Shown: piece by piece, positions 1 through 7,419 of the stretch
How the letters are laid out: every line of letters starts with the position of its first letter
How positions within the stretch are numbered: the stretch's first letter is position 1
NCBI GenBank assembly: GCA_963768855.1
Contig: CAVYJM010000018.1
Coordinates: 111,626 to 175,625 of the forward strand
From: an uncultured Thermoplasmata archaeon
GTDB taxonomy: Archaea; Thermoplasmatota; Thermoplasmata; RBG-16-68-12
Length of the DNA stretch: 64,000 bases
Direction: 5' to 3'
The notes under the pieces: generated by a model
What the model was told of the DNA's origin: nothing
Database searches by the model: none
Seen by the model: the letters and a program-made list of their open reading frames with translations, nothing else
Made by a program: the position numbers and the translations under genes

Positions 1-1
1 G

Positions 2-853
2 GTGGTCACGGCACCGGTTGGCGCAGGCGTATTGAGGGCAGTAGGACTCGAGTCGAGAAGGAGCCCGCTCCTCGTCGAGCGGCCGTTGCGGCTGAAGGGG
101 ACAATCGGCCGTCCCGAGGACACCCTCGTCTACTTTTCCGATATCTACGCCCGGTTCAACCGCCCCGAGGTCGGTCGGCTCACGGAACGAATCCTCGCTG
201 CCCTCGGCTGGAACCTATTCCATCCCAGAGGGCAGACCGAGGCCGGCATGCCGTACCTCTCCTACGGCATGGTCCAGGCCGCGCGGCGCTCCGCCCAGCA
301 GAACCTGCGTGTCCTGGCTCCTTATGCAGAACGCGGATATCGGATTGTGGTCACGGAGCCCACGGCCCTGTACCTGTTGCGGAAGGTGTATCCGAGGTTG
401 GTGCCGGGTCCTCGGGCGGCGACCGTCGCGGGACGAAGCCTGGGCATCGATGAGGTCATTCTCCAGGAAATTCTACGAGGTGGACTCCAGCTCGCGAAGA
501 CGCGGCCTGCGTCCTCCCTTTTCTACCACGTCCCCTGTCATGCTCGGTCCATGGGTGCCCAGGCGTACCCAGGACTGCTGGAGCGCGCGGGCTACAAAGT
601 AACCGGGAGCGACGTAACATGCTGCGGGATTGGTGGATCCTTTGGGTACAAACACGGGCCTCTCGGTTACGACCTTTCGATGGTCATTGGAGAGGAGCTG
701 TTCGACCAGGCACGGAGATTCACTCAAGGGATTATCGCCACCGAAAGCTCGGTCTGTGCCATCCAGCTTAAGGATGGATTGGGTCTCCGAAAGGTGTTCC
801 ATCCCCTTGAGCTGTTCGAGGCCAAGCCGCCGAATCAAGCTCGGCCGGATTGA
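2..853 (+). CDS. Fe-S oxidoreductase, CCG-domain (GlpC/HdrD-like), C-terminal part; 5' end outside window
   Basis: YHVPCHAR and CCGIGGSFGY cysteine motifs typical of CCG domains; ORF open from the window edge. Confidence 0.75.
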   Translation: MVTAPVGAGVLRAVGLESRRSPLLVERPLRLKGTIGRPEDTLVYFSDIYARFNRPEVGRLTERILAALGWNLFHPRGQTEAGMPYLSYGMVQAARRSAQQNLRVLAPYAERGYRIVVTEPTALYLLRKVYPRLVPGPRAATVAGRSLGIDEVILQEILRGGLQLAKTRPASSLFYHVPCHARSMGAQAYPGLLERAGYKVTGSDVTCCGIGGSFGYKHGPLGYDLSMVIGEELFDQARRFTQGIIATESSVCAIQLKDGLGLRKVFHPLELFEAKPPNQARPD

Positions 854-895
854 AAGATGCGGTTCGCCTTCAAGCGGGTTTGCAGCGGGAGAGGA

Positions 896-968
896 CGCCC
901 CGGTCGGGATTCGAACCCGAGCACCCGGCTCGACAGGCCGGGATCATAGACCGCTAGACCACCGGGGC
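896..968 (-). tRNA. tRNA-Asp(GTC)
   Basis: Reverse complement GCCCCGGTGGTCTAGCGGTCTATGATCCCGGCCTGTCGAGCCGGGTGCTCGGGTTCGAATCCCGACCGGGGCG folds as a cloverleaf with GTC anticodon and GGTTCGAATCC T-arm. Confidence 0.95.
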
Positions 969-995
969 AGTGGGCGATGGCAACTGAAGGGGGCT

Positions 996-1006
996 AATTA
1001 GGCTTT
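996..1006. repeat. Left copy of 11-bp direct repeat AATTAGGCTTT; putative att core overlapping the tRNA-Asp BRE/TATA
   Basis: Identical 11-mer at 8396-8406; lies 28-38 nt upstream of the tRNA 5' end and 35 nt beyond the integrase stop. Confidence 0.6.
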
Positions 1007-1041
1007 GGGACCGATATCGTGCTTTCCCGTGGTGCCAAATT

Positions 1042-2115
1042 TCAGTCCAGGGCAAGCGACTTCACCGCCTCGCGGTACGTCTCCATGGGCTGGAGGCAGT
1101 ACGCGTCCCATGCGTCGCGGACCGCCCAGGCGCCCTGTCGTTGCAGGAAGAGCTCGGGTACGCCTTGGAGGAGTCCGTGGGTGTTCGCGGACCGCCGGAG
1201 GGTGTGCGAGGACACACGGACCTTCAGCCCGGCCCGCGCGGCGTACTCCTTGAACCTCCGGTTGTAGAGGTTCAGGTACACCTTCTTCGATGTCAGCGGG
1301 TCCCGGAAGACCGGGTCCTCGGGCTGCGGGTCCTTGAGCCGTTTCCACTCCTTGAGCCGCCGGGCCAGGCCCGCGTCCAAGAGTTTCTCCGCGTTCCAGC
1401 CGTGCTTTGACGGCCGCGGGTACGTCACCTTGGGCGGGGGTCCGAGTTCGACCTGGCCCCACGTCACGGTCCACAGGTCCTCGTGGCGGCCGATGGTCGT
1501 CCATTGGAACCGCGCGGCGAGGGACCAGGCGAAGTCCGATTCGGCCTCGGCGACGGCGAGCACGCGCTGGAGGTCCTCCTTGGAGATAGGCGCCCGGTTC
1601 TCCTTCGCCCGGTTGACCTCCTCTAGGGAGTACCGCTCCAGCTTTCGCCCCAGGTCGCGCACGCCGAGCCGGTCGAGTTCGAGTCGGTCGACCGCGTGCC
1701 GGAAGAAGCTCTGAATCGCGGAGACCCACACGTTGACCGTGTTCGGCTTCAAGGGTCGCCTTGAGTTCCAGGCACGCCGGTAGGCCTCGAGGTCTTCCCA
1801 GGTGACCTCCCGGAGGTCGGACTTCCCGAGGGACGCCTCGACCCACTCGAACGTCGCCCGCGCCTTCTGCGTGTACTCCCGGCGCGTGCCGGGAGCCTTC
1901 CGCTCGAGGTACGCGTCCCACTTGTCGAAGACCGGGCGCCAGGCCACGCGGACCGTGTGCTCGTCGGGTCCGTTGTCGGTGTCGCTTGCCGCGGGCTGCA
2001 TCTCCCACGGATTTCGGTCGTCGTTCCTCAGAATGGGCTGAGGCAGCTCGTCGAGCGTCACGACCATGGAGACGGTCGCGCCGCTGGCGCTCTGCCACAC
2101 TTGGGTTTCGCCCAT
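1042..2115 (-). CDS. int: Tyrosine recombinase/integrase
   Basis: Catalytic set recognisable: TIGRHEDL (R), PSKHG (K), SHTLRR (HxxR), QGAW, DAYC (Y). Start at 2115 or 2067; the 487-aa ORF call over-extends the N-terminus. Confidence 0.9.
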   Translation of the reverse strand: MGETQVWQSASGATVSMVVTLDELPQPILRNDDRNPWEMQPAASDTDNGPDEHTVRVAWRPVFDKWDAYLERKAPGTRREYTQKARATFEWVEASLGKSDLREVTWEDLEAYRRAWNSRRPLKPNTVNVWVSAIQSFFRHAVDRLELDRLGVRDLGRKLERYSLEEVNRAKENRAPISKEDLQRVLAVAEAESDFAWSLAARFQWTTIGRHEDLWTVTWGQVELGPPPKVTYPRPSKHGWNAEKLLDAGLARRLKEWKRLKDPQPEDPVFRDPLTSKKVYLNLYNRRFKEYAARAGLKVRVSSHTLRRSANTHGLLQGVPELFLQRQGAWAVRDAWDAYCLQPMETYREAVKSLALD

Positions 2116-2212
2116 CTCTGCGCACGACGACGGCATGGGCCTCGGAGGCTTAGAACCTTCGGGAGGAGACCCGCCGGTCCGACGAGCGACAAAACTGTTG
2201 TGCGCAGAGATG
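2113..2212. repeat. Perfect 13-bp inverted repeat CATCTCTGCGCAC / GTGCGCAGAGATG, 74-nt spacer
   Basis: Arms at 2113-2125 and 2200-2212; one arm contains the putative integrase ATG. Confidence 0.7.
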
Positions 2213-2260
2213 TCGTGACGAGGGCCGACGGGTCGGTCATCGGGAGAGGCGGGCCGCGCC

Positions 2261-2509
2261 TTAGGACTTTCCATGGAGCCTCCCGAGGGCTTCGTGTACA
2301 TGCGCGTCCGTGAGCCGGCGGACGGGCTCGAGGCGCTGCATGGCGCGGAGTTCGTTCTGGGACTGGAGGGAGCGGGCGGATTCCTCGGCGAACATCGCGG
2401 CGAGCTCCTCGAGGGCCGCGCTGAAGGCGACGACGGCGGACTCGGCGACCTGGCCGTCGGCGAGGCGGAGCCGGAGGAGGCGGCGCACGTCCGCGGGGCG
2501 GACAATCAT
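2261..2509 (-). CDS. Histone-fold protein (82 aa)
   Basis: Three-helix pattern aligns by eye to archaeal histones: ADVRRLL (a1), QVAESA...LEELAAMFAEES (L1/a2), RRLTDAHVHEAL (L2/a3); ATGA overlap with the upstream RHH gene. Confidence 0.6.
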   Translation of the reverse strand: MIVRPADVRRLLRLRLADGQVAESAVVAFSAALEELAAMFAEESARSLQSQNELRAMQRLEPVRRLTDAHVHEALGRLHGKS

Positions 2510-2721
2510 CGCCAGCGCTCCCCATGGCGGATGGTCGCGAGCTCCTTCTCCTTGTAGGCCAGGAAGCTCAGGAGAGCGGCTCGGACAAAATTCGCCCGGT
2601 CCCGGAAGTGGAACTCTGGGGCATCGACGAGGGCGTCCATCCGCTCGATTTCGAAGCGGGTGACGCTGACCGTGACGATGTGCTCAGCTTCGACCTCGGC
2701 GCTCGCGTTCGTCTCGTCCAT
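2506..2721 (-). CDS. Ribbon-helix-helix (CopG/Arc-like) DNA-binding protein
   Basis: IVTVSV strand, RMDALV helix, RDRANFVRAALLSFL helix; GGAGG RBS upstream of ATG 2721. Confidence 0.75.
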   Translation of the reverse strand: MDETNASAEVEAEHIVTVSVTRFEIERMDALVDAPEFHFRDRANFVRAALLSFLAYKEKELATIRHGERWR

Positions 2722-3032
2722 GCTTGTCCTCCTGTTCTGGTCTGAAGGCCTTCGTCTGGACCACAAGCTCGATGAGGAACTGGGGCTCGCGTCTCGGCGG
2801 GCGGTCCTCGGGGCTCACGGTCGGTCTCTCCTTCGCCGCATGGCGGCCGTCGTAGGGGGTGCTCGCCAGAAGCGGTTCCAGCGCATCCTGGGCCTCTCGG
2901 GCTCCTGGCAGGCCCTCGGGCCCGTCTGGGGCGGAAGCGTTCCCACGGCCCTTCTCGTCGTTTTTCTACCGAAGTAGAAGGTGGGTGCGGGCCGGGCTGG
3001 ACCCGACACGACCCGCACCGTTGATTCGGAAC

Positions 3033-3253
3033 TCACGCCCGCCCTCCGGCGCGGCAGGGAGCACAGACGACCTCGACCGCCTCGACCTCGGTCACGGGAC
3101 CGCCGCGGTTCTTGGCCCCGAACCCGCTGCCGAGGAGGAGCGTCGTGATGAACGGCTTCCGGCATCGCTGGCACGCCGCGAGGGCGGAGAGCTCGAAGAC
3201 CAGGCCGCTGGTCCGCGCCCCGAACGCCTCCCGGACGAGCTTGAGGTCGCCAT
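3033..3253 (-). CDS. Small zinc-finger protein (CQRC...CAPC); start region apparently frameshifted
   Basis: GC3-rich frame with two CxxC pairs; ATG at 3253 directly follows the previous TAG but is one base out of frame. Confidence 0.45.
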
Positions 3254-3436
3254 CTAAATCGCCGCCGTCACGACCAAGTTCAGTCGCTCGGAGACCCGCG
3301 CGTGTCGCTCGACGACCACGTTCTTGACGTTCATGTCCGTGATGCCGTTCGCCACGAGGAACGCGTCGATGGCCGCCTTCTGCTGGGCGTCGGTCTTCGT
3401 CGCATCGACAGTCAAGACGAAGGCGTGCAAGACCAT
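3254..3436 (-). CDS. Hypothetical 60-aa protein of the element
   Basis: GC3-biased codons, GGAGG upstream of ATG, protein-like composition. Confidence 0.6.
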   Translation of the reverse strand: MVLHAFVLTVDATKTDAQQKAAIDAFLVANGITDMNVKNVVVERHARVSERLNLVVTAAI

Positions 3437-3438
3437 GC

Positions 3439-3569
3439 TCAGGCCTCCCGCCGCCCGCGGACCCGAGTGACTCCCGGAGGAGGCGGAGCTCCGCGCGGTA
3501 CGGGGCGACCGCCTCCTCGACGGCGAGTCGCGTCAGCCGCGACGGGCCTGGGCTGGCCTGCGAAGACAT
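3439..3569 (-). CDS. Small helical hypothetical protein (AVEEAVAPYRAELRLLRESL); stop requires one extra G
   Basis: N-terminal part of the 178-aa ORF 3033-3569; out-of-frame TGA at 3439-3441 just before the next ATG. Confidence 0.3.
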
Positions 3570-3880
3570 TCTACGCGCACCTCGACTACTTGGTGCGCCG
3601 CGGCGATGCGGCCCGCTCCGTGACCCGCACGGAGCGCGGCGGCGTGCGAGGCGTTTACCTGGAGGCGACCGAGGACGGCGATTGCGCGAGCGCCCGCGCC
3701 CGCGCGACCGCCTGGCGGGAAATCCAGGATGTCACGGGGCGGGCGCGATGGCAAGGGAGGGGCCTGACGCCGCGGGAGTACTTCGACTGCCTGGAGGCGC
3801 TGGCCCGCGCCGGGGGCTTCCCCCGAAGCCCGGGCCGGGGACAGCGACGCGCGGAGTCGGGCGTCACGTGGGGCGAGTGA
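3467..3880 (+). CDS. Possible winged-HTH protein; start uncertain
   Basis: ASAATGLGWPAKTFYAHLDYLVRRG resembles a wHTH recognition helix followed by a wing; GC3-rich frame. Confidence 0.35.
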   Translation: MTPGGGGAPRGTGRPPPRRRVASAATGLGWPAKTFYAHLDYLVRRGDAARSVTRTERGGVRGVYLEATEDGDCASARARATAWREIQDVTGRARWQGRGLTPREYFDCLEALARAGGFPRSPGRGQRRAESGVTWGE

Positions 3881-3883
3881 CGG

Positions 3884-4140
3884 ATGCCCGGAGGTCCGGT
3901 CGCCATCGCGGGCGGTATCCTCCTCGTCGCGGAGCGGTCTTCCTGGTCCTCGCCATCCTCCAGGCGCAAGCGGGCTGCCTCGTCAACGCGACGTGGATGC
4001 TGGGCGCGGCCGCACTCGGACTCGGGCTCGGCGGCAAGGCAACCGTCAACCTCCCCGGAGGCCTCGTCGTCGCGGGCCCCATAGGCGTCGCCCTCATCGT
4101 CGCCTCGCTCGTCATCGGCCGCATGTACGGCGGCTGCTAG
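3884..4140 (+). pseudogene. Small 3-TM membrane protein with a -1 frameshift at 3931-3932 (pseudogene or sequencing indel)
   Basis: MPGGPVAIAGGILLVA joins GAVFLVLAILQ...GRMYGGC if one G is added to GCGGAG, giving about 85 aa. Confidence 0.55.
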
Positions 4141-4413
4141 CGGCCCTCCCGTTTCGCCTCGAGGGCCTCGCCGCGACCCCAGGGCCGCTCCCAGGGCGTC
4201 CCGGTCGCGGGACGGGCCCGAGGCCGTCCTCGAGGCCGGGCGCGTAGGGCGGGTCTCCTGCGCGTTTCTCCACCTGACATCCCCCTCCATGGACGGACAG
4301 CGGTCCCTCCATGCGGGACGACGCGCTCATTCGCCGGGCGTCGGGCAGCCTGGCGTATGCTTCGGAAGGCCCTCGAAAGGACTATATCTCCGGGAACGGG
4401 GTGGGGAGCCTCC

Positions 4414-4881
4414 ATGCAACCACCGTCGGAACCGCCGAAGAGCCACATCTGGCAGCGGCACCCGGGGCCCGTGGCGGGTCTGGTCATCGTGGGCCTGTTC
4501 GTCGTCGGCCTGACGGTCCTCATCGCTTGGCACGGTTACGGACTGACCGAGCCGCAGGCCAACGACTTTCTCAGCGCCACGCTGACCGTCACCGTAGGGC
4601 TCCTGGCTGGCGTCTTCTTCGTCGCGCAGCTGGCCATCTCGTCGCTCGCACGGCATCCGGCCGACCCGCGGCTGGGAGACCGGGAGGGCTGGGTCCTCGT
4701 ATTCCTCCTCGACATCGGCGCATTGTCCCTCGCGCTGCTATTCGCGGCCGCGGGCCTCGTGGGCGCTTGGTCCGCGACCTCAGCCGTCGCGGCCGTGGCG
4801 TTCAGCTGGTTGGCCGGAATGTTCCTCATCGCCTTCGGCATCTTCTTCTTCTTCGGGCGTGCCCCGCCGGGCGCGAGCTAA
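4414..4881 (+). CDS. Hypothetical membrane protein (about 4 TM)
   Basis: Four hydrophobic segments; AAAGGACTATAT promoter-like motif about 30 nt upstream. Confidence 0.7.
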   Translation: MQPPSEPPKSHIWQRHPGPVAGLVIVGLFVVGLTVLIAWHGYGLTEPQANDFLSATLTVTVGLLAGVFFVAQLAISSLARHPADPRLGDREGWVLVFLLDIGALSLALLFAAAGLVGAWSATSAVAAVAFSWLAGMFLIAFGIFFFFGRAPPGAS

Positions 4882-6710
4882 ACTCCCGGATTCTGAAGCC
4901 CGGCGGGACACCGGGCGTGCCGTCTCGCGTTCGCACCAACGTACTCCTGGCCGGAAACGATGGGCTGATGACACGTCTCGCACACGCCGAGGACGAGCGG
5001 CCGCTCAGGAGGCCGATGCCGCTCCAGGAGGGGCCGGGGCGATGCGGGGCCGAGCGTCGACCAGGTGCTCGGGAAGACGACGGGGCCCGGCTTCCCGCGC
5101 TCCCGCGTCAGGGTGCGGGACGCCAGGGCGAGGGAATCCGGGAAGTCGTCGTGCCCTCCCGCGGCCGCGTGCAACATGAGGTTGCCGCTCGCCGAGATGC
5201 GGTACTCGAAGGACGCGAGCTCGCGGAGGAGGTTCGCTTGCTGGGGCAGCGTGAGCTTGTCCGCCTCGAGGGCGGCCTTCAGGCGCGAGTAGAGCTCGAC
5301 CTTGGACGGTAGGCTGAAGGTCACGGGCTCGACTGGGAGGCCCTTCGCCCGGAGGAGGTCGTTGACCGCGTGCGCGGAGGCGTCCGAGTAGATGCGGCGG
5401 AAGCGCCAGAGCCCATGCAGCCACGCGACGTAGGCGACCTGGTCGACGTACGACGTCCCCTCGAAGGTCTTGAGCCAGAGGACGCGGCCGTGGCCCGACG
5501 CGTCGACGCCGACGACCGTGAGCACGGTGCGGTCGCCGCCCTCGACCCTCGCCCAGTCCGCGCCGAGGTACCTCGTCATCGCGGCGTGCTCCTCGAGCGG
5601 CGTCTCGACCAGGGGGTAGGCCTGCACGGCGCGGGCGACGAGCTCGGAGGGGAAGTACGCGTTCTGCGAGGACAGGAACGCGGCGTGGTACTCGGACTCG
5701 AAGGACAGGGAGTCCATGGACGCCCGCTCCTTCTCCAGGAACGCGGGGGCGATGAGGGGACAGCGTTCCGCGGGGACGTGCGACCGTGCGTACAGCTCCG
5801 AGTTCCACGCCCTCCAGAGGAAGCCGCTCTGCCCGAACGGCGTCGAGATGAGGACGACCTTGCCGCCCTCCGACGCCGCCAGGAACGGGCCCGCGGCCTG
5901 GTACACGGACTCGTCGACCCACGCGGCCTCGTTGAAGACGAGGAGGGAGACGCGGCTGAAGCCGCGGATGGTCACGCCGCCGGACATGCCGCCCGGCAGG
6001 GAGTACACGCGGCTCGCGTTCGTCAGGGAGAGTTCGGAGGAGGAGAGGTCGACAACGGACTCGCGGAGCTCGCGCCGGGAGAGGGCGAAACCCTGGAGGC
6101 GTTCCATCCACAGGTCGCTCTGCCGCTGGGAGGGTGAGACGCACACGACGACCGCGCCGGGACGGACGACGGCGAGCCAGAGCGCGTACAGCGCGGTCAG
6201 GTGGTCCTTGCCGCTCTGCCGCGACCACACGAGGGCCGTGCGGTCGTGTCCGCGGATGAGCTCCAGGGCGTCGGCCTGGTAGTCGAAGAGGGAGACGCCG
6301 AGCCAGGTCAGGAACGCGGCCGGGTCCTCGACGAACCGGCGGACGAGGTTGTCGTCAAGACGCTCTATCGCGGGCTCCGGCTCTGGGGCGAGGCCGAGGA
6401 GGGACGCGACGCGGGCCGCCAGGCCGCCCTCCTCCCGCCGGGGGCGAGGCGGGCCGCCCGAGCCGGCGAGGGTCGAGGGCCTGCGGACGCCGAGGCGCGA
6501 CAGCCGCTGCCGGATGTTGTCCCGCGACGTGTCGAAGCGGTCCGCCAGGTACGCGGTCGACTTGCCCTCGAGGTACAGGTCCCTCAGGAGGGCGTCCTCC
6601 TGGGCCGTCCACTCCCTCGGACGGCCCGGCTTCCCGGTCACGACGGCACCTCGCTCCTCCCTGGAGAGGCCCGTGAATCCTCGAGGCGCGACCTCGACGG
6701 TTGAGGGCAA
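4878..6710 (-). CDS. terL: Terminase large subunit (Terminase_6-like) with N-terminal HTH and C-terminal Zn finger
   Basis: Walker A WSRQSGKD, Walker B LLVFNEAA, coupling motif ISTP, RNase H-like nuclease motifs YLGADWA / YSDAS / HDDFPDSLALA. Confidence 0.88.
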   Translation of the reverse strand: MPSTVEVAPRGFTGLSREERGAVVTGKPGRPREWTAQEDALLRDLYLEGKSTAYLADRFDTSRDNIRQRLSRLGVRRPSTLAGSGGPPRPRREEGGLAARVASLLGLAPEPEPAIERLDDNLVRRFVEDPAAFLTWLGVSLFDYQADALELIRGHDRTALVWSRQSGKDHLTALYALWLAVVRPGAVVVCVSPSQRQSDLWMERLQGFALSRRELRESVVDLSSSELSLTNASRVYSLPGGMSGGVTIRGFSRVSLLVFNEAAWVDESVYQAAGPFLAASEGGKVVLISTPFGQSGFLWRAWNSELYARSHVPAERCPLIAPAFLEKERASMDSLSFESEYHAAFLSSQNAYFPSELVARAVQAYPLVETPLEEHAAMTRYLGADWARVEGGDRTVLTVVGVDASGHGRVLWLKTFEGTSYVDQVAYVAWLHGLWRFRRIYSDASAHAVNDLLRAKGLPVEPVTFSLPSKVELYSRLKAALEADKLTLPQQANLLRELASFEYRISASGNLMLHAAAGGHDDFPDSLALASRTLTRERGKPGPVVFPSTWSTLGPASPRPLLERHRPPERPLVLGVCETCHQPIVSGQEYVGANARRHARCPAGLQNPGV

Positions 6711-6784
6711 ACTGTCATTATGTCACCAGGGGCCGCGTCACGGGCCCGGGGTTGCCCCGGCGACCTTTTTGTACGTGGGGAGCC

Positions 6785-7387
6785 GTGTCCGAGCCCGTGA
6801 AAGTCGCCACTGTCCTGGCAATCCTCGACCTCGCCATGATGGTCGTCCTCGGGGCCATCCTCATCCTCGGGTGGCTGTTTGCGCTGGCCTTGCGCGATGC
6901 GGCCTGGGCCGTCGCGGCAGCGACGATTGCCTTGGCCATGGCCACGATGTTCCAGCTGCGTCACTCGGCGGCCCTGTCGAATCAAACCAAGGCGCTCACT
7001 GAGGCCACCCGCGACCTCAACCGAATCGAAGAAAAGCGGGACCTCCAGGCCCGTCTCGGGAGGGCGATTGCCGCCGCGGACGCCTTTCTGCTCCTCAGCC
7101 CGGACGCGGTCAAGGTCAAATTCACACAGGGGATGGTCGACGCTCAATTCAGGGGCGGTCTCTACGCGCTCGCTAACTACACGGACCTGTTCTCCGACGA
7201 CGCCCGCAAGTCGCTGATGACCTGGCGTGACTACGTCGAAGGGCTCCATCCGTTCGAGGCGGGAAAGTACCTGTTCTCCTCGCCCTCCGGTGCGGACGGG
7301 GCGAAGCAGCCGGGCGAGGTTCGAGACCTTCAGACGCTCGTCGAACGCGAGGCACGCGCCTGGCGCGAGAGGCTCGTCAAGCTCTGA
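6785..7387 (+). CDS. Membrane-anchored hypothetical protein (2 TM, coiled coil, soluble domain)
   Basis: N-terminal hydrophobic helices then amphipathic helix; GTG start at 6785. Confidence 0.65.
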   Translation: MSEPVKVATVLAILDLAMMVVLGAILILGWLFALALRDAAWAVAAATIALAMATMFQLRHSAALSNQTKALTEATRDLNRIEEKRDLQARLGRAIAAADAFLLLSPDAVKVKFTQGMVDAQFRGGLYALANYTDLFSDDARKSLMTWRDYVEGLHPFEAGKYLFSSPSGADGAKQPGEVRDLQTLVEREARAWRERLVKL

Positions 7388-7419
7388 CGGGGGGTCGGGG
7401 TTCCCCGGCGAGTCGTTCG

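Noticed and set aside
2-895. Possible second island on the 3' side of tRNA-Asp (weaker GC3 bias in the CCG-domain gene)
   Set aside because: Only 0.9 kb visible, no mobility gene or repeat; cannot be supported
896-968. Classical att duplication of the tRNA-Asp 3' half, or an SSV-type split integrase
   Set aside because: No second tRNA-Asp fragment found by eye in the window; the integrase looks intact and lies on the 5' side of the tRNA
2116-2505. 130-aa N-terminal extension of the integrase in the ORF track
   Set aside because: Low-complexity Ser/Pro/Arg alternative-frame read-through of the histone-fold gene
2684-3030. Tiny ORFs between the RHH and Zn-finger genes (GTGA overlap at 2815-2818) and a hairpin at about 2984-3019
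   Set aside because: Too short and featureless to support
4137-4300. Possible further frameshifted small minus-strand gene
   Set aside because: Needs more than one hypothetical indel; no recognisable motif
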